A stretch of 53,689 bases of DNA from Piromyces finnis finn (Eukaryota > Fungi > Neocallimastigomycota): the NCBI GenBank assembly GCA_002104945.1, contig MCFH01000105.1:1-53689 (forward strand), written 5' to 3'. Positions 1-11,205 of the stretch are shown here, piece after piece. The first letter of the stretch is position 1. Every line of letters starts with the position of its first letter. The translations under genes were made by a program, and so were the position numbers. Below the pieces are notes generated by a model. That model worked only from the letters and a program-made list of their open reading frames with translations, did not search any database and had not been told where the DNA came from.

Positions 1-375
1 AGAATTTTCTAGTCTAACAAATAAATCTTCTAGGGAAAGACTAGATAAGAAAACCCTAGAAGGATTTCGATTAATAATCTATTCTTATTAATCACCGAAT
101 AATTAAATCAAAACCTATTTGTGATAGGAAAAATATTTAATATCCGGTTCCTATCAATTTTACTTTAATTTTAATTTAGATAATAAAATAAACTAAATAA
201 TTAAATAAAATGTTTAATATAATTTAAAATAAAACTACAATTTAATTTACATTACACATATTACATAATAAGTATTGTTACAATTTATAAAATATTAATA
301 AAATAAAACATGAAAAAATGTATACATTTTAATAAGAAATATAGAATTACTTAAGTTTAATTCTAATTTCTTACA
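1..375 (-). repeat. 3' LTR of element 1 (family J), cut by the window start
   Basis: Matches 4820-5147 and 36260-36635. Ends TTCTTACA, complementary to TGTAAGAA at 4511. Confidence 0.93.
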
Positions 376-770
376 TTGCCCCTTCTGATGAGTCAATTAG
401 ATCAGAATTTCTTTCTATGTATGGTTCTAGCTGAGAAATATGGAAAATTGGGTGAAGATGTAAATTTTCTGGAAGATCTAATTTATAATTAAGTCTTGCT
501 CGTACTTCTGCAATTCTGAATGGTCCTAGGAATTGATTAGAAAGTTTCTTGGCTGGTTCATTTGTAAAATAATATCTTCTTACCCATACTTTGTCATTAA
601 CAGCAAATTTGGGTCCGAGTGATTTTCTCTTGTCCCCATACTTCTTGTAGTCACTTTTTGCTTTTATTAAATGCTCCTTCAATGCTTCAAAATGTGAGTG
701 CCAGTCTCTTGTAAGGACAGATGCACTATCCTTAAGAAGAACAGGGGGGTCACTGATGTTGCATGATGGG
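371..770 (-). CDS. pol: Integrase C-terminus (GPY/F module) of element 1, separated from the main ORF by one frameshift near 795
   Basis: FLGPFRI...LHPIFHISQLEPY. The shifted frame gives ANYGFNP, continuing the integrase core. Confidence 0.85.
379..386 (-). promoter_or_regulatory. Polypurine tract of element 1
   Basis: AGAAGGGG on the minus strand, 3 nt before the 3' LTR. Confidence 0.65.
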
Positions 771-3700
771 TTAAAACCATAATTTGCGAAAATATGGTGA
801 CTTACCGATTGACTTATGCATAGCGTTATTGTAAGCCATTTCGCATAGAGGAAGATAAAAACACCAGTCAGTCTGAGCAGAAGAACAGTAGCATCTAAGG
901 TATTGTTCGATTACAGAGTTTGCTCTTTCCACCTGCCCATTAGATTGTTGGTGGTGAGCAGTAGCTAATTGAGGTTGAACAGAGAGAGCATAACATAGTG
1001 AGGTCCTGAATTCTGAAGAAAACTGGGAACCGTGGTCAGAAACTATTATCTTCGGGAGACCATGGTAACGAAACACATTGGCCAAAAGAAGTCTTTCAGT
1101 CAGATCGGCAGTAGGGACATCAGTACAAGGAATTAAATGTACCATTTTAGTCAAATGGTCAGATACCACCATAATGCAGGTGCAATTTTGGGAACTTGGA
1201 AGATATACTATGAAATCTACACCTATAATTTCCCAAGGACGATTTGGGACAGGCAATGGGATTAACTTACCGTAAGGTTGGTGTCTTCTTGTTTTGCATT
1301 TCGAACAGACTTCACAAGAAAGAACGTAATTCGAGATATCATTTTTCATATTTGGCCACCAATATTGTCTTTTGATTTTTTCGAGAGTTTTGTCAACTCC
1401 TTGATGGCCACCAGTGGGGTTGTCATGTAGACTTTTTAATATACTTACCTTTAAGGAAGAAGGCACAATGATTCTATTTTGAAAATGTAGAATGCCTTCA
1501 ATAAGTTTAAATAAGGATGAGTTACCAGATAAATTTTTTATTTTCTCAATTGTACTCCGACAGAATTTATCTTTCTTTTGGGTTTCAATAAGTCTGGAGA
1601 GGTTTTCCGTAGAGGCACAACAAAAGTTTTCATCCTTAAGAATTGTAGACGTAGTATCCTTCTTGTTTCCTTTATAATCTGGTCTTCGAGAAAGAGAGTC
1701 AGGCTTGCCGCCTTTGGAACCAGGTCTGAAGGAGATACGAAATTCAAACTTAGATAGATATAAGCTCCATCTTATTTGCCTTTGATTTAAATTTTGTGGC
1801 TTCTTGAAATATAGAAGGTTCTTGTGGTCGGTTATCACTTGGATAGGGTGTTTGGCTCCCTCTAAGTAATGTCGCCATACTTCAAAAGCGGTAATGACAG
1901 CTAACAGCTCTTTATCATATATTGAATAGTTAGCTTCTGTTGAAGTGAATGCTCTTGAATAAAATGCAATAGGATGAAGGGTATTGTCGGAGTCGCTAAC
2001 TTGGGATAAAATGCATCCCAATGCAAAATCGCTGGCATCAGTTTCAACTGTAAATTCTTTCTCAGGATCTGGATATATAAGGATGTTGTCAAGGCGAAAT
2101 GCTGCTTTTAAATTATTGAATGCTTTTTCGCACTTGTCATCCCAAATATACTTACAGTCCTTCTTTAAGAGTTTACGTAGGGAATTCATCAGTCCAGCAA
2201 AATTTTTTATGAACCGTCTATAAAAATTACAAAGGCCGATAAAACTTTGCAATTCTTTTGTGTTGTTTGGGGTCGGCCATTCAAGAACAGAGGTGACTTT
2301 GTTCTTGTCCATTGACAGGCCATCAGTGGTAACTGTGAACCCTAAAAATGTAGTCTCATTGACATGAAACTCACATTTTTCTAGTTTACAAAAGAGTCCA
2401 TTATTTATTAGCGTTGATAGGACGAAGCGAACATGTTGGGTTTGTTCACTTAAGGTTTTGGAGTAAATTATAATATCATCTAAATAAATTTGAGTGAATT
2501 TTCCAATGGAATCGATGAGGATATCTTGAACGAAGCGTTGAAAGACCGATGGTGCATTTCGAAGACCAAAAGGCATTACAAGATATTCGTAATGTCCTAA
2601 TGGTGATCGAAAAGCCGTCAAATATTCTTGACCTTCTTTGACTCGGATGAGGTTATATGCCGAGCGTAGATCCAAGCGGGTGAAGATAGTAGAATCCTTG
2701 AAAGATTCAATGAGATCATTGATTCTTGGAATCGGAAAACTGTTACGAATTGTAGCAGCGTTTAGGCGTCTATAGTCAACACATAGACGTAGGCTCCCAT
2801 CATACTTTTTAACGAAGAGAACAGGAGCACCGGCGGGTGATTTGGATTTTCGGATGAATCCTTTCTTCAAATTCTCTTCGAGATATTCTTTAAGAGCACT
2901 TTTTTCAACAGTAGTTAACGAATAAATAGGTCCAAAATAAAGCTGGCTACCTGGAATCAGGTCGATGGTAAGATCATATTCTCGATGAGGAGGAAGCTTG
3001 TCGGCTTCTCTCTTTTCGAAAACAACCTTTAAATCATTATAGTACTTATTGATAATTTTATAGTTATCTTCATAAACAATGGCAGCGCAAAGGTCCATGT
3101 TTGTAAGTTCAGAAGCATGTACTTCTTCAGGAATTATTGACTCTGGAGGTAATTCTGTCAATGGGATCATTGAAGCGGCCAAATTACCTCCATGGAATAG
3201 TAGCTTATTGCCCTTGGAGGATGGACAATGGTCCAAGCAATGAGTTTCCAGAAAGTAGATTTTATTTTTCTCAAAGTCAATATAAGGTCTATGTTTTGAA
3301 AGCCAGTCCCTTCTTAATATTCCAGAGATACCTGTAAGTTGAAGGTTGGCAACGGCAAATTCAAAGCTTTCGGAGTGATCAAATATTTTTAGCTGAAGAG
3401 ATTTTATGGATTGTCTAATATTCATTACCTTATTATTAGGTAATTGGATATTAATAGGAGAAGTCAAGCCAGAAGTAGGTATCTTATTGTTAGCAACATA
3501 GTTTTTACATATGAAGCTCCTGGAAGATCCGGAGTCTATAAGAAGTTGTATCCTATGAGATTTGTTGTGAAGAGTAATGAAGAAACTCATTGTCATAGAA
3601 GTACTATTATCAGGAGTGTAATTAGCAGACAATAAGCTTTCCTTGTTGTCATTCTTATGGCTTCGTTTTCTAGGAAATTTTTGTTCTGTCTTTTGTAGAT

Positions 3701-4352
3701 TAAAAGATTTTCTTTTAAAGCTAATTCTATTATTGATGTCGGTATCTTTGGATCCTTTAATTTTTTGTTCAATAAAGCATTTCTTATCCAGCTCAATGAT
3801 GAGATTCGTATCATCAAAGAGTGATTTCGGTTTTTCTATTTTATCAAATTCTTTCTTAACTTCTGGTAGAAGGCCTCTTCTAATAAGGTCAACGAAAACA
3901 TTATCCGGCCAATCTATGCGGTTTGCGAGTCTTCTAAATTCAATAGTAAAGAAGGCAGCTTTTCCCAAAGTAATCTGTTTTGTGTTTAGTAGTTGCTCTA
4001 TAAGGACAAACTTTAATTCTTTTGTATCACCAAAGTTCTTGATCAAGAGTTTTTTGAAAGAGGAGTAGTCCAGGGAGTCTAAAGTTCCATCTCCTTTTAT
4101 CGAAAGAGCCCATTTCTTGGAAGGCCCATGAAGTTTGTTGATGATAAAGGAGTTTTTGAATTCGTCGGAGGAGGACGGTGTTGGGTGCTCTTTAAAGAAT
4201 AATTCGGCTTGTCCGAAAATTTCGTTTAATCTAAGTTCTTGAGTACTTGACTTGTTCTCAAGAACACCATTAGGTGAAAAGAATGTTGGGATGAATTCAT
4301 TAATAGTAGTTATTAATTTATTAGCATCCGCAACGTTTGTGTTTTCTGACAT
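771..4352 (-). CDS. gag-pol: Gag-Pol polyprotein (Gag, aspartic protease, RT, RNase H, integrase core)
   Basis: Protease LIDSGS; RT LCVDYRRLN and YLDD; RNase H ETDASDFALG and TDHKNL; IN HHCC (HDNPTGGH...CEVC) and IGVDF...SDHGSQF. Confidence 0.97.
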   Translation of the reverse strand: MSENTNVADANKLITTINEFIPTFFSPNGVLENKSSTQELRLNEIFGQAELFFKEHPTPSSSDEFKNSFIINKLHGPSKKWALSIKGDGTLDSLDYSSFKKLLIKNFGDTKELKFVLIEQLLNTKQITLGKAAFFTIEFRRLANRIDWPDNVFVDLIRRGLLPEVKKEFDKIEKPKSLFDDTNLIIELDKKCFIEQKIKGSKDTDINNRISFKRKSFNLQKTEQKFPRKRSHKNDNKESLLSANYTPDNSTSMTMSFFITLHNKSHRIQLLIDSGSSRSFICKNYVANNKIPTSGLTSPINIQLPNNKVMNIRQSIKSLQLKIFDHSESFEFAVANLQLTGISGILRRDWLSKHRPYIDFEKNKIYFLETHCLDHCPSSKGNKLLFHGGNLAASMIPLTELPPESIIPEEVHASELTNMDLCAAIVYEDNYKIINKYYNDLKVVFEKREADKLPPHREYDLTIDLIPGSQLYFGPIYSLTTVEKSALKEYLEENLKKGFIRKSKSPAGAPVLFVKKYDGSLRLCVDYRRLNAATIRNSFPIPRINDLIESFKDSTIFTRLDLRSAYNLIRVKEGQEYLTAFRSPLGHYEYLVMPFGLRNAPSVFQRFVQDILIDSIGKFTQIYLDDIIIYSKTLSEQTQHVRFVLSTLINNGLFCKLEKCEFHVNETTFLGFTVTTDGLSMDKNKVTSVLEWPTPNNTKELQSFIGLCNFYRRFIKNFAGLMNSLRKLLKKDCKYIWDDKCEKAFNNLKAAFRLDNILIYPDPEKEFTVETDASDFALGCILSQVSDSDNTLHPIAFYSRAFTSTEANYSIYDKELLAVITAFEVWRHYLEGAKHPIQVITDHKNLLYFKKPQNLNQRQIRWSLYLSKFEFRISFRPGSKGGKPDSLSRRPDYKGNKKDTTSTILKDENFCCASTENLSRLIETQKKDKFCRSTIEKIKNLSGNSSLFKLIEGILHFQNRIIVPSSLKVSILKSLHDNPTGGHQGVDKTLEKIKRQYWWPNMKNDISNYVLSCEVCSKCKTRRHQPYGKLIPLPVPNRPWEIIGVDFIVYLPSSQNCTCIMVVSDHLTKMVHLIPCTDVPTADLTERLLLANVFRYHGLPKIIVSDHGSQFSSEFRTSLCYALSVQPQLATAHHQQSNGQVERANSVIEQYLRCYCSSAQTDWCFYLPLCEMAYNNAMHKSIGKSPYFRKLWF

Positions 4353-4498
4353 TATTTTTTTTTTTTTTTTGTATTTATTTTTTGATATATATCCTAAAAG
4401 AAAAAGGAAAAAAAATTAAATTAATGGTAAATTTGTTAGTATATATGAATTTTTTTTTAATTTTTGATTGGTAAAAATAAATTTTTTTTTTTTTTTTG

Positions 4499-4510
4499 AA
4501 GAGTTATTAT
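4499..4510 (-). promoter_or_regulatory. Self-priming primer-binding site of element 1
   Basis: No TGG after the LTR. ATAATAACTCTT (element sense) abuts the LTR and is complementary to AAGAGTTATTAT inside it (4742-4753), about 38 nt downstream of TATAAATA (4784-4791, minus). Confidence 0.8.
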
Positions 4511-5147
4511 TGTAAGAATTTAATATATAATTTTAATTATATATGTACATTCTTAACTACAATGTAATAATACACTGTAATTAATATAATAATATAACTA
4601 TATTCACAAAATGAGTAATACGTATCTTTAATGTTTTGTTTTATTCTTATTTTAAATTATTGAATAATAATTTTTTTTAAGAAATTTTATTAAAACTTCT
4701 CTTAATAAGTTTTGAGTTTATTTTTTTCTTACAAAGAAAAAATAATAACTCTTGAATTTTTTAATTAAATTCAAGAGTTGTTTTATTTATAAGAATTTTA
4801 AAATTTTGGGTTAAATTAAAGAATTTTCTAGTCTAACAAATAAATCTTCTAGGGAAAGACTAGATAAGAAAACCCTAGAAGGATTTCGATTAATAATCTA
4901 TTCTTATTAATCACCGAATAATTAAATCAAAACCTATTTGTGATAGGAAAAATATTTAATATCCGGTTCCTATCAATTTTACTTTAATTTTAATTTAGAT
5001 AATAAAATATACTAAATAATTAAATAAAATGGTTAATATAATTTAAAATAAAACTACAATTTAATTTACATTACACATATTACATAATAAGTATTGTTAC
5101 ATTTATAAAATATTAATAAGATAAAACATGAAAAATGTATACATTTT
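4511..5147 (-). repeat. 5' LTR of element 1 (family J), last ~49 bp missing
   Basis: Starts TGTAAGAA and matches 1-320. Breaks at ...GTATACATTTT where LTR E begins. Confidence 0.92.
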
Positions 5148-6183
5148 TGTAAAAGTTTTATTAAACTTATAATTTAATATTAAAATATTAAATTAAATAA
5201 AAGATTAAAGATAACTAGGTTAGAAAAAATGTTTTATTAAAATAATCTTAATTGTTTTATAAATGAATAATAATAATTAAATTATGTATTATAGTTAAAA
5301 TAATTTCTTTTTATTTTATTTGAAGAGTATATATAATAATAAGATTATTTAATAGTAATACTTGTTAAGTATTAATAAGGTAATAATCTTTACAAAGATT
5401 TAATTCATAAAACTATTCTAAACTATTTATACTATTTGTAATTTTACGTTTAATAATAAAATAACTTTTTAATACATGATTATTTTTTATAATATATTTT
5501 ATAATACTAAGGTTAAACTTAAGACTTATTACTAATTATTAAAAATAACTATTATTTATATATTCATAATATTAGTTATTTCTTAATTATAATATAATTC
5601 ATTGAATATAATATTAATAATTTATAATCTTTTAATTCAAAGATTATAAGTTATGTTATTGAAATAATTATTATAAAATAAAGTTAATTAATTCCGGAAA
5701 ATAATTTTAATTTAATTAAAACAATAATTTATATCCTTTTGGGTGAATGATTTATGTTCAATACATCAGGGGTGATCATTCTCTGAATAAACAATTAATT
5801 ATTACTAACAAAATATCTTTAAATTGGAATATCTCGTGAACCAGCAGAGATATCGACCTGATTTTAAGATATGTTGTTCATCTCGAGCGTGGCTTTCTAA
5901 CGAACCCACAATCTCCCAAAAACACAATTATCCAAAATCGCCATTCGTTGAGGAGATACACATGTTTTTCCTAATTTAATTTTGACGATTAGGGTTAAAG
6001 TTATTTGTTATAAAATATTAAGGGTTAAGGTCATATCTTAACCTTTTATAAATTTTTTAAATATTTCTTAATATAATTTTATAATTTATTTGAAAATAAA
6101 ATATTATTGATTTTGAAATTTTATAAGTAATTTCACAATTTCAAGTGATCTTGAAATTGTAGATTCCACTAGTATTCGTGACA
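5148..6183. mobile_element. Solo LTR family E, copy 1
   Basis: TGTAAAAG...GTGACA. Homologous to 8040-9243 (inverted) and 29203-30305. Flanks do not match (LTR J left, LTR L right). Confidence 0.85.
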
Positions 6184-6188
6184 TTAAA

Positions 6189-7408
6189 TGTTGAGTGAGC
6201 TAGGATTGGTATGTAACTTGGTCAGAATGTTTCATATAATATAACTTAATTTACTAATAAAATATTAAACTTATTTATTATTAAATCTTTTCTTCAAAAC
6301 TTATTAAAGAATTTAATTAATACTAATTTAAAATTAAATAGGTTTTTATATTTAAAATAAAAATTTTAATATAATTTAATTATGAAATTTGTTTATTAAT
6401 TATTTATTTATTAAGATAATATTTATTAAGTTATATTATAATTAATAATTAATAATTAATAATCTTACAAAGAATTTCAAAATTGATTTCAATTTTTTGT
6501 TTAAATACTTTTTTCTTACATATAATAAAATTACATTGATTTTAATATTGATATTAATAATAAAGAAAAAATAAAATAATTTTAAATTAAAATATTAATA
6601 ATTGATATTGATATTAATAATATGAATTCATATGATAGTTCTTAAGATTAATCTTTTAAATTACTTTTAAAATAAAAGTATTGTTTTAACCATTTTAAAT
6701 TGTAAATATTTAATATTATAAATTGAGAATAACAATTACTGATACTAATTATATATTCTCATGATCAATTAATTAATAATTATAACTAATGATTTTTGAT
6801 CCAAAGGCTTTTTTGGTTTGATTATGATTGAGGTTATTAATCAAAATTATTTGAAAAATTATTAATTAATTTTTATAATTGATTAGGTTTATAATCAAGA
6901 ATATTTATTATCTAACCTTATTTAATAATAATGGAGAATTTTTAAATTGAATTATTTATAGAAAGTTGGATGACTTGAATAATGACTTTAATTATATAAA
7001 TTAATATTAATCATTTTAATATATATTATTATATATTTATTGGAACTAATTAAATCTTTAAATAGCTATATCTCAAGAACTAGTGGTCTAAATTAGCTGA
7101 AAATTTGTGAGAATATAGATCTCAACTAGTACTTTCTAATAAATTTAATTTGAAGTCTCTAGAAAAGGAAAATAGGACGCGAGATTCAGAAGTTATCATT
7201 AGTTTCGTATAGCACATTTTCTTCTCAAGGGTTAATTTATTGAAAATTAAATTTTTGTGATCCTTAACCCTTTTCAATATTAAATTTTTCCAAGTGATCT
7301 TTTTAATTATTTTTAAAAGTGTTTTATAATTTTTGAAATATAAATTTGATTTTTAAATTATTTATTTGAATATTTAATTTATTTTTTAATCGTCTTCTAT
7401 TCTTGACA
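6189..7408. mobile_element. Solo LTR family R
   Basis: TGTTGAG...CTTGACA with 5-bp TSD TTAAA (6184-6188 / 7409-7413). Single copy in the window. Confidence 0.7.
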
Positions 7409-7460
7409 TTAAAATCAGCTATTCTATTAATTCATTATTTATAAATTTCATTCTTTATCA
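7409..7460. repeat. Terminal remnant of an L-like LTR
   Basis: Ends ...TTTCATTCTTTATCA then AAATTA, like the junctions at 40131-40137 and 37256-37262. Confidence 0.55.
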
Positions 7461-7466
7461 AAATTA

Positions 7467-9297
7467 TGTCACAATAACATATATAAAAATTTAAAAAATT
7501 TGGACACATGGAAAAAATTAAAAATTTTTTCAAAATTTGAAAATTTGAAAATTTGAAAAAATTTATTTTTTAAATTTTTATTAAAAAATTTCAAAGTATA
7601 AAATTTCTAATATTTGAAATTATTAAATTTTTTAAAATTTTTAAAATTTTATTATTAAAAATTTTAATTTAAATTTATTTATTAACTATTTACAATAATT
7701 ATATTAATTATTAATTTATAAAAATTAAATATTTTATAATTAGATAATAATTAATTAAAATTAAAAAATGTAATAATTAAAATTGTTCATGTATAAAAAG
7801 AACAAAAATTGACAAAAATTACGAAGCTTTAGCGTTAGTAATTTTTTAACTTAAAGTTAATAAAATTTATAAACTCCTATAAAACCTAAAACTTTAAAAA
7901 TTTTAATATTTTTAATAACTTAATATATGCTGATATTAAGTTATTGCTAAAATAAAAATATTATTTAATTTTCTTTATATAAATATTATTAGCTTTACGC
8001 CTTCAATAGGAAAGCGTATTATATTTATTAATTAATATATGTCACGAATACTAGTGAAATTACAATTTCAAGATCACTTGGAATTGTGAAATCACTTATG
8101 AAAATTCAAAATCAACAAATATTTTATTTTCAAATAAATTATAAAATTTTATTAAGAAATATTTAAAAATTTAGGAAAGGTTAAAATATGACCTTAACCC
8201 TTAATAATTTTTATAATAAATAACTTTAACCCTTATCGTTAAAATGGAATAAGAAAAAACACGCGTATCTCCTCAACGAATGACGATTTTTGAATAAAAA
8301 TGTTTTGGTTATAATTACGTTCGTTAGAAAGCCACGCTCGAGACAAACAACATATCTTAAAATCAGGTCAATATCTCTGCTGGTTCACGAGATATTCCAA
8401 TTTAAAGATATTTTGTTAGCAATGATTAATTGTTTATTCAGAGAATGATCACCCCTGATATATCAAACATAAATCATTCACTCAAAGTATAAAAATTATT
8501 GTTTAATTAAATTAAAATTATTTTCCGGAACTAATTAACTTTATTTTATAATAATTATTTCAATAACATAATTTATAATCTTTGAACTAGAGGATTATAA
8601 TTATTAATATTATATTCAATGAATTATATTATAATTATAATTAAGAAATAATTAATATTATGAATATTATAAACAATAGTTATTTTTTAATAATTAGGAA
8701 TAAGTCTTAAGTTTAGTTTAAGTATTATAAAATATATTATGAATATAATCATGTATTGAAAAGTTATTTTATTATTAAATGTAAAATTACAAATAGTATA
8801 AATAGTTTAGAATAGTTATGAAATTAAAATCTTTGTAAAGATTATTAACCAAAAATTATTAACCATAAATTATTAAATTATTAACTATAAATTATTAACT
8901 ATAAATTATTAACTATGAATTATTAACTATAAATTATTAACTATGAATTATTAACTATAAATTATTAACTAAAGATTATTAACTAGAAATTATTAACTAT
9001 TAATAATAATTAATACTTAATGAGTATTACTACTAAATAATCTTATTATTATATTTTAGCAATATATTATTAAATAAAATAAAAGAAATTATTTTAACCA
9101 TAATATATAATTTAATTATTCATTTATAAATCAATTAAGATTATTTTAATAAAACATTTTTTTTTTCTAACCTAGTTATCTTTTAACCTTTTATTTAATT
9201 TAATATTTTAATATTAAATTATAAGTTTAGTAAAACTTTTACAATATAACTAGTGTGCTTACCACACTTTTCTTTAATAAAAAATCGCTTTTTGACA
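7467..9297. mobile_element. Solo LTR family B, copy 1 (interrupted by E copy 2), ending 12 bp upstream of tRNA-Arg
   Basis: TGTCACAATAAC...GCTTTTTGACA. Flanked by AAATTA on both sides. Four other copies in the window. Confidence 0.9.
8040..9243. mobile_element. Solo LTR family E, copy 2 (inverted relative to copy 1), nested in B
   Basis: TGTCACGAAT...CTTTTACA with TSD ATATA (8035-8039 / 9244-9248). Internal 14-bp ATAAATTATTAACT expansion at about 8840-9000. Confidence 0.9.
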
Positions 9298-9309
9298 AAA
9301 TTAAAATTG

Positions 9310-9383
9310 GCTCGCGTAGCCTAATTGGATAGGGCGTCAGACTTCTAATCTGAAGATTGCGGGTTTGAGTCCCGCCGTGAGTG
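9310..9383 (+). tRNA. tRNA-Arg(TCT), variant with T-loop C56T (possible pseudogene)
   Basis: Full cloverleaf with anticodon arm TCAGA-CT-TCT-AA-TCTGA. Identical to 47781-47854 except TTTGAGT versus TTCGAGT. Confidence 0.9.
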
Positions 9384-9384
9384 A

Positions 9385-9902
9385 TGTTGCATTTTTATAT
9401 TTTACAAAAATGTAAAAATATAATTTATAAATGTAAAGTAGATTTTATCATTAATTTTGTTAAAAAAATATATATATATAATAAAGAAATTATATATATT
9501 TTATTTACTATTAATTAATTATATAATTATATATTATTTATTTTTTTATATATTAATTATATGAAAATATTAAAAGTATAATTTTATTTAATATTATATA
9601 AATATTTATATTTTTACTACTAATTAAAATGTTGTATGTCTTTTCATAATATAAGAAAAGACACTATTAAATAACTTGTATTGAATAATAATAATAAAAT
9701 ATTAATAATAAATATAAAATAATAAATAAACTTATTGTATATAAATATTTATTTATAAAGTATTAGTGTTATAAAAGGTATTATAACAATAATATTTAAT
9801 CATAAAAGATTAAGAGTCTCAATAGTCTCAAGAAAATGTCTAATAATAAAAATGTATTTTAATACATTTTTATTTTTATTATTAGACATTTTCTTAAGTT
9901 CA
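9385..9902 (+). repeat. Putative 5' LTR of the copia element
   Basis: Starts TGTTG, ends CA, then a 4-nt spacer, TGGTCCCTTCTAG (PBS-like) and the gag start. No second copy to confirm it. Confidence 0.35.
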
Positions 9903-11205
9903 AATATGGTCCCTTCTAGTTTTATAGGAAAATTCCAGATAGAACTTAATAAAGAAAACTTTCAAGCTTAGCAAATTAAGGTTAGAGATATTTTAAGATG
10001 TTGCGGCTTGGAAGAATATATTGATGAAAATAAAACTTCAAAGATATATATAAAAATATATCAGAGGGTGAAAAGTAAATTATAAAGAAGTTCCATAAGC
10101 TCAATATGTACTACAAAAAAATGTAACAAATGAAACACTTGCTATTGATAATAAAGTAAGAATGTTTATTAGAAGTACATTAGCACCGTGGCTATGGAAA
10201 TTATGATAATTGTAATCATAAAAATAATAAAAATAAAATCGATATAATATGTTGTTTTTGCAATAAAAGAGGCTACATTGAAAGAAACTGCATATTAAAA
10301 GAAAAATTAGCAAAAGAATATAATTCAAATAATAAAAATTATAAAAACAAACAAAATAAAAAGTATAAAAAAGAAATATGCTGATGTAGTTACAAGACAA
10401 AGAAATAACTACAAGGATATAACACCAAATTTATTCAACGTTGATTATAATTCTACATATGAAAAGGAATCAAACAGTGTTATAAAAGTAAAAACTTCAA
10501 ATAAAAAATATAAAAAGGTTGTAAAATCTAAAGGAAGCTTTAATATGTGGATGCTAGATTCAGGAGCATCAGTACACCTTACAAATAATATTAAATCATT
10601 ACATAAAATTAAAAGGCATAAAGAACCAATTTACTACGCAGATGATGAAGTTGGTTATTCCACATATATAGGCAATTTAAAAGGTTATTTTAATAAAGAA
10701 CAAATAATTTTAAATAATGTCCTATATATTCCAGATATTAAAAGAAATTTGATATCTATTGAAAATTTTGTTAAAGAAGGCCTTAACGTAAATTTTAAAA
10801 ATATAAATAATGCTGCAACAACATTTATTCAAGATAAAAACAAAAATATCATATATGTACCAAGAGAAGATGAATAAGATGAATATTATGTATTTAATGT
10901 TTATATATCAAAAACTAAATTATTTAACTACCATATACAAAATCCAATGCATTGTTATTCTATTAGGAAGTTAAATAATGACGAAAAATTACATCTTTAG
11001 CATAGAAGACTAGGTCATTTTCATGCCAAAAGTATTGAAAATAAATTATTAAATATAAACATTAAAGATATTTGTGAAACATGTTCATTATCAAAATTAA
11101 AAAATCAACCATATCATAGTTCTACTAATAAAAGTACAGAAATACTTCAATTAGTACATACTGATATCCATAAACGCGTCATCTATATATAGTAACCATT
11201 ATTTT

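Larger units (their letters stand above)
1..5147 (-). mobile_element. Ty3/gypsy LTR retrotransposon, element 1 (LTR family J); single gag-pol ORF, self-priming type, no chromodomain seen
   Basis: Direct repeats at 1-375 and 4511-5147. Gag-PR-RT-RH-IN order on the minus strand. PPT-like AGAAGGGG next to the 3' LTR. Confidence 0.95.

Noticed and set aside
1078-4068. Short plus-strand and off-frame ORFs overlapping element 1; likewise 13640-13924, 14759-15587 and 25353-25598
   Set aside because: Antisense or shadow frames of retroelement ORFs with no recognisable motifs.
5148-9243. 4.1-kb DNA transposon or foldback element with 1-kb terminal inverted repeats
   Set aside because: The right repeat has its own TSD (ATATA) inside LTR B, and a third copy at 29203 is a solo insert with a TSD. 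These are independent solo LTRs.
10101-10400. 99-aa minus-strand hydrophobic ORF
   Set aside because: Antisense to decayed copia gag in AT-rich sequence.
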